64,000 nt of DNA from Lepagella sp. (GTDB lineage: Bacteria > Bacteroidota > Bacteroidia > Bacteroidales > Muribaculaceae): positions 692-64,691 of the forward strand of contig JBJEDL010000083.1 in NCBI GenBank assembly GCA_051872035.1, given 5' to 3'. Made by a program: the position numbers and the translations under genes. The notes below the pieces were generated by a model. The model worked only from the letters and a program-made list of their open reading frames with translations. It ran no database searches and was not told the DNA's origin. Below, one piece after another: positions 44,961 to 52,137 of the stretch; the stretch's first letter is position 1; each line of letters begins with the position of its first letter.

Positions 44961-46763
44961 TTAGTTCCTTTCTTTCAGCAATATGGGTCTGATTGAATAT
45001 CCGTTATATCGCTCACATTCCACCATCGCCGGGTCGCTCATGTGTCCATTGCCTCCACCTTCGGTGTCGATATAATATGATGTCGAGAATGCCCATGATG
45101 TTTCTGTCGCTCCGGAGCCTGATCCGGTGGATGGTGTCGATGTCCAGTAGTAGCACACTGCTTTGTTTACCTTCTTGTAGGTGCCGCTCTTGCTGTCAAG
45201 ACCCGAATAGCCGGTGATGGGCAGATAGATCACCCCCACGATATTTCCCCCTTCATCTTTTTTGGTGACTTTCCATACGGATGCATCGAAGTTGAGGTTG
45301 TCTTCGGAGTCGGGTGCATCTTCCGATATCTTCACCGATTGCCACTTCCATTCGCAGTTGTTGATGATGTCATCCCACATCTCTTTGGTGGGCATGGTCC
45401 ACATCCAGTAGCTTTCTCCCAAATATCTCTTCACGGCATCATAGTCGGTGCCGCGTATATCGCCCGACACTGTCCCGGCTGTGTACCCCTCGGGGGAGTA
45501 GAGCGTTTCCGATTTCTTCTCCACCTCTCCCCATGCATAGTGATGTCCGGTCTCTATCGGTTCTCTTGCCCCGATGTTGCTCGTTGCCCAGAGCACATCA
45601 TATTCTTTGCCATCGATTTCAGTGGTCATGCCGAGGCTTACAAATACCATCTGCGCCGGCGTGTCGTCGGTCTGATCCCATTCGGAGTTCGGGGTGATGA
45701 CTACGCTTAGCGATTCGGTGTTGTCGATGTTGTAGGTCGTACATTCGGCGATCTCTATCGTGTTGAGCTTTACCTCTTTTTCTCCTAAATCGAAGTTGAA
45801 GGTGTAGATCTTCCCGGCCTCAAATTTGTGATTGGTGATCAGGTCGCTGTCAAGCCGCAGTTGATAGGTGAGATAGTTAGTGTCGATGGTAAATTTCAAG
45901 GGCACGCTGTTGAAGTTCCCATCTACCGGGAAACAAATATTATAGAACACACCCTTCTCTCCTCGGGGTATGATCACAGAGTTGATCTCTGTGGTAAGTC
46001 CGCTGAAGTAGCCGGTCTTGTCCGACTGCTCGGTTATGTCTCCGGCTTCGAGTCTGACTACATCGGGGAAGAGGGGAGTCCGGTCGTTCGATTCCATCCG
46101 TATACCGGTGATTATGATATCGGAGGTTATGCTGTTGGTGATGTTATACCTTATTATCGCACATGCTGAGTTGAAGTGCGAGGTGTTGGCTATTACGTTA
46201 TTGTCGTTAACATCCTGTAGGGTAGTGGCAGTGTAGACGTAGGAGTAGTCGGCAAGCGATGTGAGGTCGTTGACTCGATCTTCGTAGCGGAATGTCCCGG
46301 GTAGATGCATGTCGACCCGGACTCCTTCGGCTGTGCCGGTTATCTCGGTTTCGTCGCTGATGGGATGACAACAGTACATGGCATCCCCCGCCGCCACCGG
46401 ATAGACGTAGTTGCCATCTGCAAGATCATATTTCACTCCATAGAGGGTCTGCAGTTTTATCTTCGATCGCTCGGCATCGACTGTCTCGAATTGCGTCATA
46501 GTGTGGTATTGCCCGGCTGAGGTCAGTGCCTCATAGAAGGGTACATATTGCGTGCCATGCTTGATGGCTGTCAGCATGTTGCTGTTGTTCTCCCAAACAT
46601 ATTTCACATTGCCATCCGTGTCGGTCAGATCACTCCAAGAACTCCGCGTTGCGGCGTCGGCAAAGGTGATGTTAAGCCGATGCACATCCCCATCCATCAC
46701 CACCTCTTCTCTACACGAGATGAGTAGCAACAACCATGGCAATATGTATAATATCTTTTTCAT
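44961..46763 (-). CDS. Mfa-like (type V pilin fold) lipoprotein with one C-terminal lectin-like module
   Basis: Lipobox (LLISC). ATRSS site. FEAGKIYTFNF block. C-terminal LWATSNIG…HYAWGE…GTDYD…WTMPTKEMWDDI…YYWTST…YSIRPILL. Preceded by a canonical AAGGAGG. Confidence 0.65.
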   Translation of the reverse strand: MKKILYILPWLLLLISCREEVVMDGDVHRLNITFADAATRSSWSDLTDTDGNVKYVWENNSNMLTAIKHGTQYVPFYEALTSAGQYHTMTQFETVDAERSKIKLQTLYGVKYDLADGNYVYPVAAGDAMYCCHPISDETEITGTAEGVRVDMHLPGTFRYEDRVNDLTSLADYSYVYTATTLQDVNDNNVIANTSHFNSACAIIRYNITNSITSDIIITGIRMESNDRTPLFPDVVRLEAGDITEQSDKTGYFSGLTTEINSVIIPRGEKGVFYNICFPVDGNFNSVPLKFTIDTNYLTYQLRLDSDLITNHKFEAGKIYTFNFDLGEKEVKLNTIEIAECTTYNIDNTESLSVVITPNSEWDQTDDTPAQMVFVSLGMTTEIDGKEYDVLWATSNIGAREPIETGHHYAWGEVEKKSETLYSPEGYTAGTVSGDIRGTDYDAVKRYLGESYWMWTMPTKEMWDDIINNCEWKWQSVKISEDAPDSEDNLNFDASVWKVTKKDEGGNIVGVIYLPITGYSGLDSKSGTYKKVNKAVCYYWTSTPSTGSGSGATETSWAFSTSYYIDTEGGGNGHMSDPAMVECERYNGYSIRPILLKERN

Positions 46764-46776
46764 CTTCCCTCCTTAA

Positions 46777-47748
46777 CTATTCGGTCATGTCGGTTATAGA
46801 GAATTTATCACCCGGGATTATGTCGTTGCAGTCAAAGTAGGTGTCTTGTGTGATGATATCCACAAGTTTCAGCACCTTGTTCTGCCAGGAGAATATGTAT
46901 ATATAGTTCTTGCCGCTCTCCCATGTTTTGGCGTTGACGAAGCTGAAGTTTTTCGCTTCGCCATCGATGGTGAGGGCTATCTGCCAATCTGTAGGGTTGG
47001 CGGCATCGGGCACGCAGTAGTAGCGCGTGTCGGAGAGGTTGGCATCGTTGCTGTTGGCAGGTATCGTGACATCGGCATATACCATGGGTGTGCTGCTTGT
47101 CTCTGTCGAAGTCAGCAGGGTAGTGGTGTTGCCACTCTCATCGTAGGTGTAGGTGATTGTACCTTTGGAGGTGATCGGTGAGGTCGGAGTCAGTGTGATG
47201 TCAGTGATGGCTGTCGAAGCCTCGGCGTTGTTGACAAATGCCACCCTGACCATGCAGTGGGAGTAGGTGAAGTGGAGGTTTACGGTCTTGCCAAATTCCG
47301 GTGCGCCATTCTCGATCGTAATCGGCTTGCATGCCATGGCGGAGTATGAGTCGTTGTTCTCAAGTTGCAGGGTCATCCCGTTTTCATCGATTGAGGTCAC
47401 GGCCTCGGTCGGTGCACCGGAGGTGAAGGTGTAGTATTCGGCATTACGACTCCAAAATTTCATCGTCTGGGTCTCACTGCCGTAAGTCCAATTGCCATCT
47501 ATGTATTTCACCTCATAACCATCCATCACGATGACTCTCTCTCCTCCGATCCGGGCTGTGGTATATACTTTCAATCGATCCGGCATCCCCGGCGACAATG
47601 CCGATCGTGTCGACGGAATTTCCGCTTCGGCTGATACCAAAATAGGAGCATCGCCCGACGGACTTTCCCCCGGCGTCTCATTGCCATCCTTGCAACTGAC
47701 AACGATCAGCATGAGTAGCAAAAGTATGTAAATGTGTCGATAATCCAC
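46777..47748 (-). CDS. fimbrillin-family (Mfa-like_1) lipoprotein
   Basis: Lipobox (IVVSCKDG). STRSA site about 28 aa after the Cys. Hallmark blocks LHFTYSHCMVRVAF and WESGKNYIYIF. GTG start. First gene of the 4-gene operon. Confidence 0.7.
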   Translation of the reverse strand: MDYRHIYILLLLMLIVVSCKDGNETPGESPSGDAPILVSAEAEIPSTRSALSPGMPDRLKVYTTARIGGERVIVMDGYEVKYIDGNWTYGSETQTMKFWSRNAEYYTFTSGAPTEAVTSIDENGMTLQLENNDSYSAMACKPITIENGAPEFGKTVNLHFTYSHCMVRVAFVNNAEASTAITDITLTPTSPITSKGTITYTYDESGNTTTLLTSTETSSTPMVYADVTIPANSNDANLSDTRYYCVPDAANPTDWQIALTIDGEAKNFSFVNAKTWESGKNYIYIFSWQNKVLKLVDIITQDTYFDCNDIIPGDKFSITDMTE

Positions 47749-47763
47749 TCTTCGCCTTTCGAG

Positions 47764-47797
47764 AAAGTAATGTTAATTAAAAAGTAATGTTAATTAA
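47764..47797 (-). repeat. perfect tandem 17-nt repeat (AAAGTAATGTTAATTAA x2), each with a TTAATTAA palindrome
   Basis: Unit 1 is 47764-47780 and unit 2 is 47781-47797, identical. They lie between the -7 box (47816-47823) and the GTG start (47748) of the pilin-like operon. Confidence 0.9.
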
Positions 47798-47815
47798 CAG
47801 GTTATGGTTTAATTA

Positions 47816-47823
47816 CAAAATTA
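47816..47823 (-). promoter_or_regulatory. -7 promoter box (TAATTTTG) for the pilin-like operon
   Basis: Matches TAnnTTTG, 67 nt upstream of the GTG at 47748. Confidence 0.5.
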
Positions 47824-47885
47824 ACGATTGTGAGGCAATTATGGATAAACATTGATTTGGGATTAACGGATTTTAACATATTTAA

Positions 47886-47926
47886 CAAAAAAAGCAGGGT
47901 TGACGCCTTGTGGTGTCGACCCTGCT
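47886..47926 (-). terminator. terminator after rpmE (L31 type B)
   Basis: 15-bp hairpin AGCAGGGTTGACGCC / GGTGTCGACCCTGCT (two G-T wobbles, 4-nt loop). On the minus strand it is followed by TTTTTTT. Confidence 0.8.
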
Positions 47927-47949
47927 TGGTCTGTTGCTTTTCCTCTTTT

Positions 47950-48204
47950 TTACTTCTTGGTGCGGTTGCCGTAACGGCTGCGGAATTTGTCCACACGTCC
48001 TGCGGTGTCGACGAGTTTCTGCTTACCGGTGAAGAAGGGGTGAGACGAACTGGTGATCTCAAGCTTTACGAGGGGATACTCTTTTCCGTCGATCTCGATT
48101 GTCTCGCGTGAGTTTACTGTCGAACGAGTGATGAATGTCTCATCGTTGGACATATCTTTGAAGCAAACCTCACGATAATTAGAGGGATGAATGTCTTTTT
48201 TCAT
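47950..48204 (-). CDS. rpmE: 50S ribosomal protein L31, type B
   Basis: [15 protein letters not shown]…HPFFTGKQK. 84 aa and lacks the CxxC zinc motif, so type B. Confidence 0.92.
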   Translation of the reverse strand: MKKDIHPSNYREVCFKDMSNDETFITRSTVNSRETIEIDGKEYPLVKLEITSSSHPFFTGKQKLVDTAGRVDKFRSRYGNRTKK

Positions 48205-48377
48205 TGTTCTTAACTGCAGTTTTTAGTTTAAATTTGGGCTCAGCAGGTCGCGATCCCACTGAATTGGCTCGCAAAATTACTAATTTTTTTGAATATACGC
48301 AAACTTTCGGCACGTTTCCACGCTTTTTCGCCTCTTTTTCTCGCTTTTTGTGGTCCAAAAATATAAGGAACGCGCTC

Positions 48378-50066
48378 TTATACTAATTTGCGATATCTGA
48401 TGCGGTGGGGAGTGTCGGTCACGCCGTCGCGCCTCTTCTTGAATTCCTCATATTCGGAGTAGCTTCCCTCGAAGTAGGTGACTTGGCTATCACCCTCGAA
48501 GGCGAGGATATGTGTGGCGATACGATCCAAGAACCAGCGGTCGTGGCTTACCACTACTGCACATCCGGCGAAGTTTTCCAAGCCCTCTTCCAATGCCCGA
48601 AGCGTGTTGACGTCGATGTCGTTGGTGGGCTCGTCGAGCAGAAGCACATTGCCCTCTTCTTTGAGCGCCATGGCGAGATGGAGACGATTGCGCTCTCCGC
48701 CGGAGAGGACTCCGATCTTTTTCTCCTGGTCGGCACCGGTGAAGTTGAAGCGCGATAGATAGGCGCGGGCATTCATGTCGCGTCCTCCCATCCTGAAGCT
48801 TTCGACTCCCTGCGAGATCACTTCATACACACTCTTGTCGGGTAGCAGGTCTTTGTGGGTCTGATCGACGTATGCCACTTTTACAGTCTCTCCTACCTCG
48901 AATTCTCCACGGTCGGGCTGCTCGAGTCCCATGATGAGTTTGAAGAGGGTCGTCTTACCGGCTCCGTTGGGTCCGATCACTCCAACTATGCCGTTGGGGG
49001 GCAACATGAAGTTGAGGTCGGTGAAGAGTGCCTTTTCGCCGTAGGCCTTCGCCAAGTGCTTGGCTTCGATCACCTTGTTGCCAAGGCGCGGTCCGTTGGG
49101 TATGAAGATCTCCAGTTTCTCTTCACGCTCTTTCTGGTCTTCGTTCAGAAGTCGGTCGTAGTTCGAGAGTCGGGCTTTTCCCTTGGCTTGACGTGCCTTG
49201 GGTGCCATCCTTACCCATTCGAGCTCACGCTCCAATGTCTTGCGTCGCTTGCTGGCTTGCTTCTCTTCGAGTTCCATACGCTTGGTCTTCTGCTCGAGCC
49301 ATGAGGAGTAGTTTCCTTTCCATGGAATACCCTCACCGCGGTCGAGCTCCAAGATCCAACCTGCCACATGGTCGAGGAAGTAACGGTCGTGGGTCACAGC
49401 GATCACCGTGCCCGGATATTGCTGCAAGTGCTGCTCAAGCCAGTCGATCGATTCGGCATCAAGATGGTTCGTCGGCTCGTCAAGTAGCAGTATATCAGGC
49501 TGTTGAAGAAGTAGTCGACATAACGCCACACGACGACGCTCTCCTCCGGAGAGTACTGACACTTTCTGATCGTCAGGCGGACAGCGCAAGGCATCCATCG
49601 CTCTGTCCAATTTGTTGTCGATGTTCCATGCATCGGTGGCATCAAGCTTGTCTTGAAGCTCTGCCTGACGCTGTATCAGCTTGTCCATCTTGTCGGGATC
49701 TTCCAATACTTCCGGATCGGCAAAGGCATTGTTGACGTCGTCATATTCTTTGAGTAGTGACATAATCGGGGCTACTCCCTCTTTCACCACCTCTCTGACT
49801 GTCTTCTCCGGATCTAACTGAGGCTCTTGCTCCAAGTATCCGATGCTGTAGTCGTGGTTGAATACTACATTCCCTTGATAACTCTTCTCTATTCCGGCGA
49901 TAATCTTCAGTAGGGTCGATTTACCACTACCGTTCAGACCGATGATACCGATCTTCGCACCATAGAAGAAACTCAAGTAGATGTCTTTAAGTATTTGCTT
50001 CTGCGAGGAGGGGATGATCTTGCTTACCCCCACCATCGAGAAGATGATCTTTTTGTCGTCCGCCAT
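48378..50066 (-). CDS. ettA: energy-dependent translational throttle protein EttA (ABC-F ATPase)
   Basis: Two ABC cassettes (GLNGSGKST and GPNGAGKTT Walker A; LSGGERRR and LSGGERNR signatures). 562 aa. The N-terminus resembles EttA. Confidence 0.9.
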   Translation of the reverse strand: MADDKKIIFSMVGVSKIIPSSQKQILKDIYLSFFYGAKIGIIGLNGSGKSTLLKIIAGIEKSYQGNVVFNHDYSIGYLEQEPQLDPEKTVREVVKEGVAPIMSLLKEYDDVNNAFADPEVLEDPDKMDKLIQRQAELQDKLDATDAWNIDNKLDRAMDALRCPPDDQKVSVLSGGERRRVALCRLLLQQPDILLLDEPTNHLDAESIDWLEQHLQQYPGTVIAVTHDRYFLDHVAGWILELDRGEGIPWKGNYSSWLEQKTKRMELEEKQASKRRKTLERELEWVRMAPKARQAKGKARLSNYDRLLNEDQKEREEKLEIFIPNGPRLGNKVIEAKHLAKAYGEKALFTDLNFMLPPNGIVGVIGPNGAGKTTLFKLIMGLEQPDRGEFEVGETVKVAYVDQTHKDLLPDKSVYEVISQGVESFRMGGRDMNARAYLSRFNFTGADQEKKIGVLSGGERNRLHLAMALKEEGNVLLLDEPTNDIDVNTLRALEEGLENFAGCAVVVSHDRWFLDRIATHILAFEGDSQVTYFEGSYSEYEEFKKRRDGVTDTPHRIRYRKLV

Positions 50067-50167
50067 TTCTTTTGTTGGTTTAAATGGTGTTGCCCGGGAT
50101 TCCCCGGCTTTTGATTATTGGGTTTTTATTTCAGTCCGTTCTTTTATACGATCTCAAGAACGCTTGA

Positions 50168-50725
50168 TTATTTGGCTGTTACTACACGGTAGGCAACGTT
50201 GACTTTGCCTCGCTCCATGTTGTGCAATTTGTTGCGTATCATCTGCTTACGCACACCCGACACATGGTCGGTATAGACTGTGCCGAGCAGATGGTCATAT
50301 TCATGCTGAATCACTCGCGACATAAAACCGGTGAATTCCTGTTCATGCTCTTCGAAGTTCTCATCGAGCCAGTTGAGTCGCACATGCTCGTAACGTTTCA
50401 CATTCTCCGAGAGCCCGGGAAGGGAGAGACATCCCTCTGAACGCGACACGAGGTCGCCATCTTCGATCACATCCATCTGCGGATTGATCAGCACCATCTT
50501 CGAGTTGGCACATTCCGGGAAGTCTTCTGCCAGGACGCTCGCATCGATCACGATTACGGCTATCGATTTGCCAATCTGTGGCGCTGCCAAACCAACTCCC
50601 TCGGAGTTGTACATGGTCTCAAACATATCTTTGATCAGTTTCTGAAGCCCGGGATAATCCGGCTCGATATCTTCAGCCTCCTGACGAAGCACCGAAGTGC
50701 CATATAAATAAATTGGTAATATCAT
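50168..50725 (-). CDS. def: peptide deformylase
   Basis: Motifs GVGLAAPQ, EGCLS and HEYDHL. Confidence 0.93.
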   Translation of the reverse strand: MILPIYLYGTSVLRQEAEDIEPDYPGLQKLIKDMFETMYNSEGVGLAAPQIGKSIAVIVIDASVLAEDFPECANSKMVLINPQMDVIEDGDLVSRSEGCLSLPGLSENVKRYEHVRLNWLDENFEEHEQEFTGFMSRVIQHEYDHLLGTVYTDHVSGVRKQMIRNKLHNMERGKVNVAYRVVTAK

Positions 50726-50798
50726 CTATCTGGTTTTATTGATTTTCTTCTTAATAAGAGTAATGGAGCCAATAGGGCTGCTAATAGGATTTTCCTAA

Positions 50799-52046
50799 TT
50801 ACCAAGTGTAGAGGTAGTAGCCGCCGGGAGTGAGAGTGATGTTCTTGCTGTTGTCTTTCGATACTTTGCCGTTAGATTTCACTCTCTTCACGCCGGCATC
50901 TTTGCTGACTGTGACTTTCTGTTTCTGCCGGAAGTCGCGATTTACTATCATCAGAAAGTTCTTGTCGCCATTGGTGAAGTGGCTCACCACTACACCCTCT
51001 CCCCAGGATTGGATGCTCTTGATCTGCTCGGGAAGTTCTGAGGCATCGATGCGGCGTGTGCCTTGGGGGATGCTCCCTCCGGTGTGCCATACATTCTTTA
51101 CCTTCGCCCCGAGGAATACCCATGTCAAGGCATGTATCTGTTTATTTATTTTCTTACATGCTTTCCAGACGTTGGTGCGCTTGCCGTTCAGTAGCATCGG
51201 CGCATCAAAGAGCTTATCTTCGACTCCCGACCATGGAGCATATCCATAATATTGTATACCCTGCGAGCCGTATGCCAATGAACCGAACACCTGGAAGGAA
51301 ATCTGACCCTCGTCGGGCGAGGGATAGTTCAGGTGTGCCGTACTCATCACAAAGGTCCAGAAGGGTATGCCTCGCTTTTCCGATACCTCTCGCGCTATCT
51401 CCAAATTCTCGAAGAAGTTCTTGCGTAGAAATAGTTCTCCATCTTTTTCGTAGATGCAGTAGTTGTCGTAGCTGATGAATTGGGGATTGACTTGCTCTAC
51501 AAAGCTCTCAAGGTAGTCCTTGTAGTCTTTGGCTCCAAGTTGCTCGGCGGTGGCAAAGTTGGGAAGCAGGTTGACGTATGCCAAGATGTCGCTACTTGCC
51601 GACAAGACTCCCTTGTTGAGCTTGCTGATCATGCTGAATTTGTCGGCTTTCGGCTCGTCGAACACCAAGATGCCTCCGAAGGCTTTGTGCCCTTTGTATT
51701 TCTCGGTCTCTTTCTTGATCTTCGCTTGGTCTTGAATACCCCAGCAGTTGGCTATCAGTTTCAAGTCGTTAGCCTCGCAATAGTCCAGCATCTGCTTGAT
51801 ATGTTTCTCAGGATAGAGGTTGCTGAGTGCAATGGTGAAGCCTGCATCTTTGACATAACGATAGTTTTTCAGCGTGATCAGGTTGGTGTCGTTAAATGCA
51901 TGGTATGCCACCACCGGGAATCGATCGCCAGCCGGATTTACATACTTGGGAGGTGCTGCTACCTGCTCACGTGCACATGCCGGACTGATTGCCATTATCA
52001 CTGCAAGACTTACCATCAGACTTGCCAATATCCTGCGTTTGTTCAT
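50799..52046 (-). CDS. hypothetical secreted protein (possible TIM-barrel glycosidase-like fold)
   Basis: Signal peptide (…AISPACA). 415 aa. No family signature I can name with confidence. Confidence 0.5.
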   Translation of the reverse strand: MNKRRILASLMVSLAVIMAISPACAREQVAAPPKYVNPAGDRFPVVAYHAFNDTNLITLKNYRYVKDAGFTIALSNLYPEKHIKQMLDYCEANDLKLIANCWGIQDQAKIKKETEKYKGHKAFGGILVFDEPKADKFSMISKLNKGVLSASSDILAYVNLLPNFATAEQLGAKDYKDYLESFVEQVNPQFISYDNYCIYEKDGELFLRKNFFENLEIAREVSEKRGIPFWTFVMSTAHLNYPSPDEGQISFQVFGSLAYGSQGIQYYGYAPWSGVEDKLFDAPMLLNGKRTNVWKACKKINKQIHALTWVFLGAKVKNVWHTGGSIPQGTRRIDASELPEQIKSIQSWGEGVVVSHFTNGDKNFLMIVNRDFRQKQKVTVSKDAGVKRVKSNGKVSKDNSKNITLTPGGYYLYTW

Positions 52047-52137
52047 CTTTGTTGTTTGGAGTTTATGATTGATAGTTCGTTATTTTCTTTGTTTTTGTTA
52101 GTTAATTTTTTCGGTCTCCCGGTGGCTCGAGTCTCGG

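Noticed and set aside
47749-47949. Invertible-promoter (phase-variable fimbrial switch) hypothesis for the pilin-like operon
   Set aside because: I found no long inverted repeats bracketing the promoter box and no site-specific recombinase gene in the window. Only the tandem 17-nt repeat is reported.
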